Counted from the first letter of the stretch, positions 1 through 13,819 are shown. The stretch: DNA of 64,000 nt from Lama glama (GCA_028534125.1 CM052817.1:77378001-77442000); one strand, 5' to 3'. Made by a program: numbers and translations. The notes: generated from the sequence alone by a model not told the origin.

Positions 1-599
1 CAAAAACACTTAAATTGATACAGTTTAGTTTTCTTTTTGTGCCATTTAATTACCTTTTTCCTTAAAAAGTAAAAAAAAAAAAACAACTAGGTCTCTTTCT
101 TGCATTGGATTCATTCTTTTTTTCTGCTAGCATATCTCAGATTGATAAAGAAGTGTTTACAAAACCATCTTCTAGATCTAAAAATCACTATGGAATAGGC
201 TGGACTGATACAAATAAAAGACTAATTTAAAGTATACCAACTCTAACACAATTAGAGGTTTTTTTTTTTTCATTACACTCAAGAGTTTATTGATAGTCTG
301 GCCCACTGGACTAGTTGTTAATGCTTATCAGATGGTGCCAATTATAATTCTTCATATAAACCCAATATGGGCTAAATAGATTTTGAATTCTACATTATGA
401 AATATCCAGCAAAATGTCACAATTCATTTTGGGTGGTATTATTGAAATAAAGAGCAAAGTAAAATATATCACCTAGAACTTTTTATTTTAATTTTACACT
501 TCAATTCACCAATTAATATTATTTCATTTATATACAGTGATTTAGTATTAGCAAACTATTGCCTTCACAGTATCCTGACACAGTTTTCCGAATTTTGTT

Positions 600-750
600 C
601 CCAGGAGAAAATTAAGATTTCCCCTTGCTCCCAGGGAAATTCTGATTTAGTATCTCTGGGTGGAGCCTAGGAATTTGTTTTCGTAACATACACCCCACGT
701 GATTCTGATGGTAATGGGTTGTGAACCAACACTTTGAAAACCACTTTTCT
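600..750. mobile_element. MER5-like hAT fragment
   Basis: ttctgatttagt...ctgggtggagcctaggaatttg...gtgattctgatg...cactttgaaaaccact. Confidence 0.6.
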
Positions 751-1889
751 AACACACAAAACACTGAGGTCAACTTTATTCTTTAAAACCATAATTAGTT
801 CCTAGTTCATACAGTCAGGGACAGCCAGACTTGTAAACAGCACCTGCTTGCAAAAGCTCTTGCTGCCTTGTCTTGAGATAGGAACAGGACCTAAAGCTCT
901 GATCTTGACTTTATTCTAAAGGCCCAGGAGATGGCAGCAAACTCTCCTGCTGCAGTGCTTCACAGGCAGCCATTCTAAAACGTGCTGCAAATAATTTGTT
1001 TTGAACAGTCTTTTAAATTTATTTTTCAAATAGAAGAATAAAGAGGGTCTTGAGATGTGAGTTTATCTGACCCCCTGCTTCTAATTGAGGCTGAGAATAA
1101 ATATTTCTAGGAATAGAATGCTACATCTTTATCATCTAGAGAAGAGATGGTACAAAGTTCCTCTGCTGATTTTTCTTATCCCTGGGGAAAGGGATTGCAT
1201 GACTTCCCTTGGCCGTAGGGCAGTAGAGTCTCTTATCTCCAATCAAAAATGCTCTTACTAATAACAAACTTACATCTCTCTGGCAGTAATCAAAACATTC
1301 TTATTTTGGTATTTAAGCTAAGGGAGAATTTTGAACTTTGAATGCTAATTAGCTTTTAAAAATGAAAACAAACATGACTGTAAAATCTTCAAAACTAAAA
1401 AGAAGTCTGTGTACTTTATGAAAGACCCCAGTATTTTTGTTTCTCCTTAACATTAAAATGATCAAATTGTATGGTGGACTGACAAAATGCCAAATCAGTC
1501 AGAGGCTGATTTTAAACATTAGAAGAGTGTACAGAACAAAGGGATAGGTAAACCCACTGAGTAGCAGCTTTGATCCCAACAAGAGTATTATTTTCAGACT
1601 TTTGATGCACTAAAGTTTATTTCTAAAACAAAGGATGGTGATATGTCTGGAAGTTCTGTAATATAAGATATACGTTTGTATATTTAGCAGTAGGAGGAGA
1701 AAAGACTAAAAGGAGATAGGAAAGCTGGATATTTGAGGAGCTTTGGTGTCGTTAAGAGAGTAAAGGTCTTCACTGGTGGAAAAAACAGAAACAAAAAAAC
1801 AGGACTAACAGATGTCTGTTACAAGATAGTACATTTCAGTTTAACTTAAGAAAACTTCAAAAACTTGTGGGAAAGGGATGGAGAAGGAA

Positions 1890-2110
1890 CTAACATATAT
1901 ACTAGATACAACCCTAACAGTGTTAAGGGCTTTAATATGTGTATTTAATTTAATTCTCACAACAACTTTATTTGGTGGAAATTATCCTCAATTTTTTTAA
2001 TTGATAAGGAAACTGAAGCTCAGAGAGGTTAAGAAAATTGCCGAAAGTCACCCAGCCAGCAGGGCAGGAGACTCATCAGCTGAATCCAAGTTTTATCTGT
2101 TTTCATATCC
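1890..2110 (-). mobile_element. MIR SINE
   Basis: atttaattctcacaacaac...gataaggaaactgaagctcagagaggttaag...aaagtcacccagc. Confidence 0.75.
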
Positions 2111-5100
2111 TGTGCTTTTTTCATTGCAATCCCTATCAGGTGTGTTGTAAAAGGAACTCCTGTACCTCATTGAAGCGTGACTGCAGGATCTCTAAAATGC
2201 TTTCCATCTCCAAGATTTTATACTTCTATGTATAAAATCTCCTTAAACACATTTAGGTTTTTAAGTTTTGTGAGTATTTTGATGCAGTTTAATGCTTTTT
2301 GAAAACCATGATCAGTTTAAAACCCAACAAGACAAAATTTGTTTGTTCCTTACAACTTCAATTCCAGAATATTTGAAGGAAAAATAGCTTACAATCAAAG
2401 ACATAATTTTTCTGAGAGAAAAAGCAGAGCTTAGGAAGTTAGAGAATAATTTTTCTTTTCTTGAAGCCCTGACTAGAAGATTTGCTTTGATTCCAGTGTC
2501 TGAAAAGTGTGGTCATAATTCTTCCCAACTATTATTGAAACACATGCAGATACTTCTTGAGGATGGGAAACATTCTGAAACTCAGAGACATCTCTAGTCC
2601 TGTGACAGCCATTAGGCACCCTGGAGTAAAGTAAGAAAAGGGCTTGCAATGCTGTAAAGCAGAACTTCTAGTATCTTTTGCCTGTCGCTTCACCTGAATT
2701 ATTAGATCTTCATCCTTTGCTGTTAAAATGCACGTGTTTCATTTTATAAAATTATGTCAAATGTATCGTGCATTTATACAGAAAGCAATCTTTTACAAAA
2801 AGCCATTTAATATTTATCTTCTTTGCTTTCACTATTCAACTTCTGTTGTGTTGTCATTCTGCCCCCTCCCCCCCCCAACTTCTGTAATATACTACCTAGC
2901 GCTATCAACCATGGTCAAAGGCAACATCCTGTTTTGTGAATGGTGCATAGATGTTTAATTATCAATGTACCATGGGGATGCATTACATTGTCAGAATTTA
3001 TTCCGTCTCATCTAGACTTCATTTTTTGCAAAAAAAAATATATACTGGTCTAGACAACTAGTTGTAACATCAAAGTTGCATTTCATTTGGGACTATCTGA
3101 CCCAGTATTAAATTGTAGGGGTTGTTCCCCCTCCTCTCCCCTCCCCTCCTTCAGGCCCTTTAAATGAAAGAATTGGGAGATAAGTTTCCTCCTAGCTAAA
3201 ACACACAAAAGCTCTAGCCTAGATCACTGGTGTGTGTGATTATGTGGTCAATGATCACTGATCTACTACTTACATTTTAAAAGGAATTCATCTTCATTAA
3301 ATTTACCAATACTGAAAGAAGCAAGATTAAGAACAAGGATGGAATGAGGGGAACAACCATTAACTGAAAAATATGCACACCACTATCAGAAAGTATCTCA
3401 TAATATTTAAGAAAACAGATAGAAACAGATCTGAGGGGAACTTTTTCACTGGTGTAAGTAAGGAATCTTTTTACAAATAGATAAGCTCTGGACATTTTGT
3501 TTCCATCCCTTCCCTAGCATTTTTCTTTTTTTAATGGATAGTTGCTTAAGAACTTCAGACATGCATATTACTGAAGGATCTCTTCTCTCAATCTCAAATG
3601 TATATTTATGAGGGCCGAGACATTTTAGTTACTCAAGAAAAATTTATCTTTTATATTAGGCCAAGCCTACATATTCAAAGTAGCTTAGATGGTTGATGAA
3701 GTGTTTGTAGCTGATTCATAAAGATTTTTTGCTAATTCATCTATGCATTTGAATGAATCAATACTGAAAGTGAAACAATTGTTTAGTGACTGGATAGTCA
3801 ATAACTACCTAACATCACATCAAAATGAAGGTGAACTTGGGAATGAGGAGTGGTCAGGGAAATAATAAGGAATGAGATCTTTTTGAATAAATGTGTGGCC
3901 CATGTAGCAAAATTTGCTATAGTATTAATATTCAATGTTATGTCTAGATGATTATATATTGCTGTTTTGTAAGTGCAATAAGAAATCTATACCAATAGGA
4001 AAAGCTGTAATAACAGCTAATGCCATGGGCAAAGTTAAATATTTGCTCTCTAATTTTAAAAGTTTGGTAAGTAGACACGCTGTCCTAATACCTCATGAGA
4101 CGTCCCCTTGAACCATTAATGGGATTACACATATACCTGGGATTAGTATTTTCAGTGCAGTAAATGCTTCTTATTTTGAAGAAATGTGTCTTGGGACACT
4201 TCTGATAAAAGATGTTTCCGTTTTTCCCATTTGCATTTGAGAAGCACACCAGCAGGACTATCACTGTATACTCCTCTTTAATCTGTTTTCCCCCTTAGTT
4301 TTTCATTATCTGTTCATTTGAAAAACAATTAGTCATTTGAGAATCCCTTATACTTTATGGAATTCTTGTATCTCTAAAATGAAATGACATGTACGAAATT
4401 ATTGTGTAAATTCCCTCAGACAAGAAAGATATCATTAAATAAAATGTGCTAGTTGTACCAGAGAGAGATGGCAAGGCAATTAAGCAAAATTTTTACCTAC
4501 TTTGCACTTAAGAAAGCAAGTTGGTGATTCCCCAGATGAAGAGTTATATATTTTTTAGTCCTAATTTTAAACACCACTCTGGAGCCATGTTTTTAATGAG
4601 GGAAACATAAATACGATTTGGCAGGAAATCTTAAATTTCCCAAGAACAGTAGGTTTAAACATTTTCCCTAGGGCCCAGGTTATGAATCAAAGGATCTATT
4701 TAATAAGCTTAGAAACATAATGGATGGAAAACAGTTACAAAGAGTAAAAAAGTAAATCATTTTCCTCATACTGTATTCTCTGCATCTTTATGAAATAATG
4801 TTGTCACATGTTGTATAGTTGTTGATTTGTCTCCATCATTACCATTAACCAGCATGGATTTTCCAGTTTAAAAAAAAAAATTAGTTAGGAGTTGTGACAG
4901 AAGGATTGCTTAAAAACCTGCCAGTAGGAGATCTGGAGAATGTAATCATGCAAAGGACCTAAGCAAGGTAGTTCCACAGCACCCACACATATCTTAAGAA
5001 TTGTTCTTAATATCTAAACTGATCAAATTTTCCTCTAAGACAGCAAAAGCCATTCTAGTTGGGAAACGAGTTGGTTTAAAGGGTATTAGCTCTTCTTCAA

Positions 5101-5559
5101 ATAGCAGGCATGTAAGCTATAAAATATCTCTCTTATCTCCACTTTCCTTCTAGGGATAAATGCACATTCATGGTAACTTTTCTTTCTGTGAATGAGGAAC
5201 AGAGAAGATGGTTGCCTGGATTTGCTTCAGGAAAGAAAGGTGTTATTTCTATGTTCAAACCAGTTAAAGTAGGCTTTCATAAAAATATACTTAAGTAAGG
5301 CTTTTTCTCAAGAATTACAACAAATTAAAATGGCAATTCCTGCTATTTAAATAGAACACTGAATAATAATAGGGGTGTTTTCACAGGTTATCACTTTTAG
5401 AATGACATAATTCATTTTTGAGGATAAAGAAAGGTGAGAGGGTAAAAATTGCTGCTGTAGTAATTTCTTTACACTAACAGATATATGCCTTAAAATACAT
5501 TATTTAGATAAAATTTTATTATCTATGGTCTTAATTCTTCAATTTCCCTACACAAACAC

Positions 5560-5730
5560 GAGTTGTGTGACTTTAGGTAAATTACCTAATTTCTATGCCT
5601 CAGTTTTCTTATTTGCAGAAATTGGGGATTGTAGGATTGTTGGTGGGATTAAATGAGTTAATAGACAAAAAATAACTTAGAACTGTGATTAGTGCATAGT
5701 ACAAGTTCTATACATTTCAGTTATTGTTAT
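5560..5730 (+). mobile_element. MIR SINE
   Basis: gtgtgactttaggtaaattacctaatttctatgcctcagttttct...gattaaatgagttaat. Confidence 0.75.
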
Positions 5731-7559
5731 TATTGCTTCTAAGATGGAAGGGTCCACAGAAGTAGATGCACAGAATCCTCCCTGACATCAGCCTTCAGGG
5801 CCTTAAACTGAATATGGTTATATTTATTCTTCTGTAACAGAAGGTTAAAAAAGATCAAGAAGCCTATACTTTGGCACACCCAGAGCTAGCAGAGAGATGA
5901 GGTCAGCGGCGATGTTTCTGGCCAGCCCTGCTGCCTGCATTCTGCTGGGAGGGGGCAGTGGCTGGCACAGCAATATCTGAGGCGTGCGCTGCTAATGCCA
6001 CTTCAAAGGCAAGGCACCCTCCTATTTTTATCCTGGGTCAGCAGCCAGCCTGTGCAGTTGCCTCTTGAACAAAAGGTTCTGCCAGGTCTCTGACACCTTT
6101 TAAGGCGTCATGGACTCTTCTCACAATAACAAGAATAATCTGTTGTGCTACGTGGCATTTGATTTTATAAACATAATATCCATAATCTTGAAACAGTAAC
6201 TAGCATTTTTATCATTTTACAACCAAGGAAAGTAAGGCTATGAGAGGATGAATCCTATGAGTAACAACAGGCAAAGGCAGGACTCCCAGGTCAATGTGAG
6301 GTCCAAACTCACATTCTTTCCAGTGTAACATGCTGGCTTCCATTGTCAGTCACAACTCTTAGGCTTTCTCACAAAGAGATTTCCTTCAAAGATAGAATAA
6401 AACTTTTTAAAAGAAGTTTATTGTTTTAGAAACAAAAGTTTAGTCTAATAGTTAATGTAAGACAAATTAAGATAAATGGTCAATGGCAAAGCCACGATGA
6501 GAAGTTCTAGCTACAAGATGTTATCTCTTATTTTGATGTCTATGTATGTTTATTGCATTGATGGAACTATTTAAGCAATGTATCGGTACTTGGCTACTTT
6601 TTCAGTAATGGACTTATTAGTCTTAGTTCTCTGCACTATTCTTGGTGAGCAGAATAATACAGCTTATTTCTGTCTAAAGAAATTGACACTTCTCCATTTT
6701 TTAGATAAGAAGGCATTATAACAGAATTCTAAAAACTCCACTTGGTGGAAGAAGACTTTAGACTCACTTTAAAAAGGCAGGTTCCAGGGAATATGAGAGA
6801 GGGACTGTTTTATTAAGAGACTAAAACAAAAATGACCTTAAAATTCTCCTTAAGCCCCAGACTACTTAATTGTATCTAAATCATCTCAAGGGAGGCATTT
6901 GTTCTATATGTAAAGATCTCTATATAAAGTGATTCTACATCCCTATGAAGAAACTTCTTCCAATATTGACCAGCTTCTACTGTCAGAAAATTTGTAAACT
7001 GAAGACTTTTTAGAGCTAGAAGTGTCCCTAGAGATTAGTTAGTAGAAACTGCTATTTCCTAAACCTGCTTGCAGTCTCATAATAAATGGTAAATTAACTT
7101 TCAATTTTCTCTTCTCCAACTCTTAACTCATCCCAATTTCCATTATCTTTTTCTTCTTGGGTCTTAATTTTTAAATCTTGCAAATACATTTCGGGCCCTC
7201 TTTAGGACTCATGCATAATTTTCTATGACTTTTCTCATTTGGGGAATCAAAGTAGTTTAAAATCCTCACACTTCCACTGACTTAAGTGTAAATAATTTAC
7301 TTACACGTTACAAATCTTTTCTCTGTTTAGAAAAATTGATTTGTTTGTAAATGTTGATTAACCCTATCTGTTTTGCCAAACGTGTCTTGGCCTACATGTT
7401 GGTGTGTACGTACTGGGGGTGACAGGGATGGGTCAACCTATGTGGGTCTCTCACCACATGTAGCTGACATGTGAGAAGGGCTACATCTTAGGACACAAAA
7501 GTTTGGTGAAGATAACCAAATTTCCTAATTAAAGGGATGTCTTAGTGAAAAAAACAATA

Positions 7560-8300
7560 ACCTTTTCTTTAGATGGAGGTAAATTCTAGTGGGGAGAATC
7601 AGATAAACAAAATAATTAAATAAAATATTTATTATGTTACATAGGTATAAACCTAAGGGGAGGACAGGGGGATAAAAAATTTTAGAGAGAGAGAGAGAGA
7701 TTGAGCATAGCCAAACAGTGATCCTATGATATTTGAGTAAGACCTGAAGGAAATGAAGTAGGCTCATGCTGATATCTGGAGTACTGTGTTTCAGGCAGAG
7801 GATCAGCAAGCATAAAAGTCCTGAGGTGAGGGTATAACTGATCTGTTCAAAGAACGGCAAAGAGGCCAGTGTGGTTGGAGCAAAGTGAGAGGGAGAGACC
7901 AGCAGAGGTGAAATCAGAGACATATGGAGTGGTGAAAACGGCAGATTTTGTAGGGCCTTGTGTGTCATTTCCTGTTTTGAAATGAGAAGCCATGACAAGA
8001 GTTTTAAACAGAGGACTACATGACATAATCTGACTAAGGTTTTAATAGGATAATCTTGGCTGCCAAACTGAGAATAGAGTAAAGGAGGAAGGATGAACTA
8101 GGGAAACTATGAGACTATAGCAATAATCCAGGAAAGAGAGTATTACGGGTTAGCCCTGGATGGTACCAGTGGAGGTTGTAAGGAGTGGTCAGACGCTGGA
8201 TGTATTTTAAAGTAAGTGCTGACAGTTCAGGTGTGGGGTGTAAGAGATGGGGGAGAGTCAACAATCACTCCAAAGATTCTGACCTGAGCAAATGGAAAAG
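7560..8300 (-). mobile_element. L2 fragment
   Basis: gaggccagtgtggttggagc, tttaaacagagg...ataatctgact and ggaggttgtaaggagtggtcaga. This explains track ORF 7525-7998. Confidence 0.75.
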
Positions 8301-9124
8301 TGGAGAATGTCTGGTGCTTTCTTCTATCCATGTGCCCCTTCATGGGCCTCTGCTTTGTAGAAATTCTCATCAGTGATTTAAAAGGCAAAAGAAATGCTAT
8401 TTATTCCTGTTGGTTTTTATTAGAATCCACTTATGGTAGAGTGTATGTTTGTGATGAATATTTACTGATCACGTGTGGTTAGAGAAGATGGGAGTCGAAG
8501 GAGCTGAAATAACGTGTCAGCTGGAGACTCTACTGTGCATGTGTAAGCAGGATTTCAACCAAGAGAATTTTTTAGCTTTTAAGGTTTATGGTATTAAACA
8601 GTTTAAACTTCAAAATATAAATCACATTAAACTTCCTTGGCTTCTAGGGCTATTTGCATTGCTTTAGAATTCACTTCTTTGTTCTAGGTAAGCCTCAGAT
8701 GACCCTTCCTTTTTTAAAATGTCGAGTGTTTCCTGCCAGTTAAATTGGTTACCAGTTTAACAAGGAAGCTAGCTAAGCAGCTTCCTTAACAAGCTATGTG
8801 GCTAAGTCGACATCTAATTGACATGAAAGATGTTTTATGGTAAGTGGAGAAAGCCCCCAGCTCCTCTGGGCTTTTCAGCTGACTTGAATGCAGAGTGCCC
8901 TGTGTCTCATCTTCATAGAGAGGAGTGCATCTATGTGGGATGTATTCCCTATGCACTGGCGCCTACTTGTTCCTGTGACAAATGGCAAAGTGCCAGCATT
9001 AATTAATCCAAATGTTATCAAAATTTCAATGACCTTTTCCAAAATTTCTAACATCTCCTATTTAGTTTGCTTGGATTCAAATCTTTTTTGAACAGATGTT
9101 TTTCCAAAATAATTTCAATGCAAG

Positions 9125-9380
9125 TGTAGTGCAATATGTATTCAATTAAGATCCTTGATACAAGACTCTCTGGGTTCAACTCCCCCTGCTCCAGCACTTG
9201 CTAGGTTTCTACCCTTGAGGAAGTTACTTACCCTGTTTAAGTCTCACTGTTCTCGTCTGGAAAATAGAGACCCATAAAGGTGCCTACTTCATGGGGTTGT
9301 TATGAGGACTGTATGAAACACTCTATGTAAAGCAATCAGCACCCACCACATGGCACTTAGCATATGATATACTAGTGTTA
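9125..9380 (+). mobile_element. MIR SINE
   Basis: ctgggttcaactccc...aagttactta...cctacttcatggggttgttatgagga. Confidence 0.7.
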
Positions 9381-9725
9381 GCTATTTTTGAAGGCAGAGG
9401 TAGGAAAATGCATCCTTCGTATTTATCCTTTCTGCGGGAATATGTAACATCAGGTGATTCATGAGTTCTGTGAGAATATTTGCCGCCTAATATTGCATGC
9501 ATTATATTGGACCAGCTAAAGACTGACATGTATTCTCATGGGTGCAACATGTAAATGATACACTGCTCTAAATACACACAGACTGTTGGCACATGCAATA
9601 TTAACTGTGCCACCTGCCAGAAGACATAACCCCTCAGTCAGTTTGAATGACATCTTTTTGAGTTTGCTTTTGGTGTTTGTGTTTACATACACACCATCTA
9701 CTTAAGGAGATCAAAATATTGTATC

Positions 9726-9790
9726 TATATTAGCTTAATATATTAGCTTATATATATTAGCTTAATATATTAGCTTAATATATTACCTAA
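9726..9790. repeat. 13-bp minisatellite (tatattagcttaa), about 5 copies
   Basis: Directly visible tandem units. Confidence 0.9.
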
Positions 9791-12072
9791 CAAACTAGGG
9801 GAAGAAGGATACAGAAAACTTGAGAGAATGAACATCACAGATGTTCTTTCTCTTTAGTTTGAAAAGTGAAGGATAGCAACAGGAAGGTGAAGGTGTTCCA
9901 GGAGGGTGGAAGCAACTGGGAACGTGGGAAGGAAAGGCTGAATATGAATGTAAGGAGATGTATTCTGTGTTATCAGGATCAGTGGGGTAAAGTTATGGGA
10001 GGCAAAGTTTGGTTCACTGGAAAGAAGGAGTTCTCAACAATTAGAGCTTAAGGACTGAGATGCCCTGTAAATGAGTGAACCCCCTTCTCTAGAGCAAAGA
10101 AGGCCTGGGTGAGGTAGAAGGTTTCAACTCTTAAGACTATTTGAAGTTATTAGAGAAATTTCTCAAAATTAATTAGTAGAAAAAAAGGTTCATTCTATTT
10201 TTAGTCTATGTTTTTTTTAAAAGAAAAATAAGAGAACTCTATGCTCTAATAAAGCTGATAATGTTCTATAACAGGATATAAGGCCATCAAATATGAGATG
10301 CTGCACACTGAAGTGAAGTTCCAGATTAAAATACTGACTTTACAAAGAAAACAGTAGACATAAGTGTCCTTGGCATGTTCAAAGAATAGCAAGCCACTTC
10401 CATAATTCTTAACCCCCTTAGTTAGGTCCATGTTATTAAAGGGGGTCAGAGTCTGGCAAGGGAAGAGGAATTTGTGAGGAGGAATTCTGCAGTGCTGAAG
10501 CTCAGAGTGTGTGTTTGGAGTAGGTGGAGCAGAGGAGCCCTACCCACTCACCTCCAGCTTTGTGAGAAAAGTGGCTTCTTAGAGAACTTGATACAAGATG
10601 TCAGCAGGATGGATGGGAGGTCAGAGTGGACTGAAGTCTGACTCCCTCTTAGGATATCTGTCTGTAGAATGAGAGTTGGGCTGACAAACAGTTTTGGCAC
10701 TGAATCAGGAAATTCGCAGCTCCGCTCCTAACATTCAAATGATGTGAATGTTCCCTGTAGACCAGAGCTGTAAACCAGGCCAGGAGCAAAGGAGAGCAAG
10801 GGGTCGTCTTAGGGCCTCTCCACGGGTGCAAACAGACTCCAGTTGCTACAAGCTGTATGTAGACAGCTTTCTAGGTGGTGCAGATTGACTTCCAAGTTAA
10901 CCCCTGGAACAGAGATGAATCGGCATGAATCGAGGACTACAGACAAGATGTCCCCAGTGATAGGAATCCTCATATATTCTTCGAAAGTTTCCTTCTCTGG
11001 GCCTACCTGACTCTGAGAGTGAAAAGCCAGAATATGATGTTACCAAACCAAGTAAAAATTTCCTTCTGCCCTTTTATCTTTTTCATCCTTGCAGTCTAAC
11101 CCCAGGGGGCCAGAAGTCAGGGTTAGCAAGCTAGGAGACAAAGAGGAAAGCATGAAGAAGCCAACCACAGTGACTTCCCTGAAGGAAAGTGATCCTCCTG
11201 GAAAGGGCCCCGGTTGGAGAAGGAGAGATTTAACTCTAAGTGGAGACCGGAGTTTGTTATTCCAAAGGCTTGGATATTCTATGTTGAAATAAAGTGGTTT
11301 CGGTAACTTAAGGTGACATAGGACTATTTCTAAAAGGAAGCAGAATGTCACAGGACCTGTTGAGTTTTTGGCAGCAGTGAAAAACATTCTTTCATTAAAA
11401 ACATTTAAAGGGTAATAGGAGACAAAAATAAAGAAGCATTGTGATGACACATCATACATAATACACAAAAAATAACCAATTCAACATATTTAGCCAGACA
11501 AGCAGAGAACAGCATGAGCCTCAGGCAAGAAATGGACAGAAGGAAATGGCACCAAAGAACAAGATGTTGAGAACTGCTTTGAGGAAATACATGAGAATTA
11601 GGGGTTTTGGTGCAGGCAGAGAATAGGGGCCTGCAATATTTTTGGCACAAACAGAAAGAACAACGTACCTGAAGAACTATTTATTTATACCACAGTTGCA
11701 CCTCTAACCTAAGACAATTTGTAATTTTATTCTATTGTTAGCACGTAAAGGAGTCTGAAGGCACGTTTGGCAGTCTGAGCAGTACGTGAAAGAGTAACAG
11801 TCGTTTTGTTCACTGAGGTCACTGCACACTCTTCCTTCATACTCTGCACTACTACTATATATATGGCATATGTGTATTCTACGTGAGTTTTTTTTTTAAC
11901 TTCAGTGCTATTCTAAATTTCTCCTCAGAAAACTTTGACTTACTCTTTCAAGATTATACTTCAAAGTTCTACCCTTCCCCGCAACATTCAACTGATTAAT
12001 GTTTATACCTTAGCTGAAAAAACAATCCCTGATGTCTTTGTTATTAGAATATCATTCAATAATGTTTTGAAC

Positions 12073-12160
12073 TTTTTTTTTAATGGAGGTACTGGGTATT
12101 GAACCCAGGACTTCGTGCTTGCTAAGCATGTGCTCTACCACTGAGCTATACCCATCCACC
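12073..12160 (-). mobile_element. tRNA-derived SINE, camelid Vic-1-like
   Basis: Reverse complement is GGTGGATGGGTATAGCTCAGTGGTAGAGCACATGCTTAGCAAGCACGAAGTCCTGGGTTCAATACCCAGTACCTCCATT plus an A-tail, with A box (TAGCTCAGTGG) and B box (GGTTCAATACC). Confidence 0.85.
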
Positions 12161-13103
12161 TCTTGATACTTTCAAAGTTGATTCATTTTCTTAAGTGTGC
12201 CTTTACTATTTTTTGCCAGGAGTTTGTCTAAGAGTCTTATGCAGTTGGGAATGTGTAAGGAAATAATGCAGATAACCAGATTTCAAGATTCCTGGAGATA
12301 CACAATGGGTAAAAGAAGAGAATACAGGAGATTTCAATAAATTATATTTCTGCATATTAAACAAACTGAACATTTAGCATACACAAGGGAATGTTGCAGG
12401 GACACACACTCTCAATGAAATACACACAAAAGGAAGGAAAGGACAAATGAAACAAGCAGCTGGAGTGTTTCCTTTAGAGACAAAGGGAGTATACCACACT
12501 CAGAAAAGATCCATATGATCTTCATCAGTACATACATAGAATCTAAGAGGGAAAAGGCCATCTATGTCATCAGACTGGCAACATTAAATACATCTAAGTA
12601 GCTTTTGTTTGTTTTTCTCTATATTCTGTGGATCAAAATAAGATAACAGATTAAAAGTCACCTGAGAAAAGTACAAAGCCCAGCAGCTTATGGTCTGTTT
12701 CTGGAGTTACCAATATGTTGTATTTCTTTTTTTACCAGGAGGCTAGGACTAGAATGAGGGTGGGCTGTGAATGTAGCCATGAATACCTGGAGAGCAGACA
12801 GAAGTAAGGGTGGCTCCCAGTGATGACAGGGCTCTTGCCATGGTGGTTATACCTAAGAAAGATGGTAGCAATTGGAGCTATAGGTTCAGAAAAGGAGAGC
12901 AAGGAGGAAGTTCCGAGTGAGGGGCAAGTCCCAGACCAGAGCTGATAATATACTAGGCAAAGGCAGCCTATCTTGGCTTTAGGACTAAGCATTGTGGGGA
13001 TTTGATTTTTATAGTGCTTGGCCATGGTGTGGAAAATACTTTGGAATAACAATCAGAATAAACCAAAATGAATGAGATATTTTAACATTTTCATTATTTC
13101 CAG

Positions 13104-13646
13104 GAGATTGAACGCTCTCTTTCTCTTCCTGGAAGACCAGTACCGCCCATCATCTCTACAGCATCTCCTTGGGTATATCAGCCTGCTTATAGCTACTCTA
13201 GCAAACCAACTGATGGGCTAGAGAAAGCAAACAAGAGACTAACTCCTTGGGAAGCAGCAGCCAAGTCTCCTCTTGGTCTAGTGGATGATGCCTTTCCACC
13301 CAGAAACATCCAGGAATCCATTGTGGCAAATGTGGTCTCTGCAGCTCAGAGGAAGGTGCTTCCAGGGCCACCAAAAGAGTGGAATGAAAGACTGGCCTAT
13401 GTTCCCCAAACCCAGAAGGCCAATATGGGCTCATTTGGAAGGCAAGAGTATAACATTGCATCCCTACCCAGTAACAATATGCCCACCAACTCCCAATATG
13501 GTTCACAGGTGCCGTATGCGTATTATAGGCAGCCTTCCAGAAATGATTCTGAAATAATGTCCATGGAGACTAGGTCTGATTACTGTCTTTCAGTAGCCAA
13601 TTGCAACTATAACCCACACCCAAGGGGATGGAGACGCCAAACATAA
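13104..13646 (+). CDS. SYNPO2: Synaptopodin-2 (myopodin), terminal coding exon of the long isoform; 180 codons plus stop, partial CDS
   Basis: Acceptor ttttcattatttccag ends at 13103. The phase-0 frame reads EIERSLSLPGRPVPPIISTASPWVYQPAYSYSSKPTDGLEKANKRLTPWEAAAKSPLGLVDDAF...YNPHPRGWRRQT* and is in frame with track ORF 13281-13646, whose 'start' is an internal GTG. I recognise it as the SYNPO2 C-terminus, and MYOZ2 downstream fits the known gene order. Confidence 0.96.
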   Translation, partial: EIERSLSLPGRPVPPIISTASPWVYQPAYSYSSKPTDGLEKANKRLTPWEAAAKSPLGLVDDAFPPRNIQESIVANVVSAAQRKVLPGPPKEWNERLAYVPQTQKANMGSFGRQEYNIASLPSNNMPTNSQYGSQVPYAYYRQPSRNDSEIMSMETRSDYCLSVANCNYNPHPRGWRRQT

Positions 13647-13777
13647 AAGTTAAAAGAACTGATTGTGCCACCTACAATAATTTAAAAAAATGTTTCTTTC
13701 CAGTATTTTTGACTTTTCCAAAAGATTTAAATTCACTTTTGATCTTGGCTTGTTCTCATAGATCATTTATCCGAGTT

Positions 13778-13819
13778 TGTGTATGTGTGTGAGTGTATGT
13801 GTGTGTATGTGTGTGTATG
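13778..13819 (+). repeat. Interrupted (TG)n tract in the proximal SYNPO2 3' UTR
   Basis: tgtgtatgtgtgtgagtgtatgtgtgtgtatgtgtgtgtatg. Confidence 0.9.

Larger units (their letters stand above)
1..13103 (+). other. SYNPO2: 3' part of the last SYNPO2 intron
   Basis: Upstream of the terminal-exon acceptor, with a branch-point-like tttaac at 13081-13086. No other recognisable coding exon; contains only old repeats and a SINE. Confidence 0.8.

Noticed and set aside
7525..7998. 157-aa minus-strand ORF
   Set aside because: Lies in a decayed L2, has low-complexity Leu/Ser/Phe composition, and resembles no protein I know.
10431..11318. Purine-rich segment ending in AATAAA...gtgaca, with ORFs 11040-11468 and 11089-11292; possible ancient LTR or hidden exon
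   Set aside because: No TSD, no family I can name and no recognisable protein. A Dfam search is needed.
12073..12160. Possible tRNA-Ala gene
   Set aside because: It has an A-tail and a mismatched acceptor stem, and matches a SINE layout rather than a functional tRNA.
13198..13557. Overlapping ORFs 13198-13506 (-) and 13285-13557 (+)
   Set aside because: Shadow frames of the real SYNPO2 exon, with no independent support.
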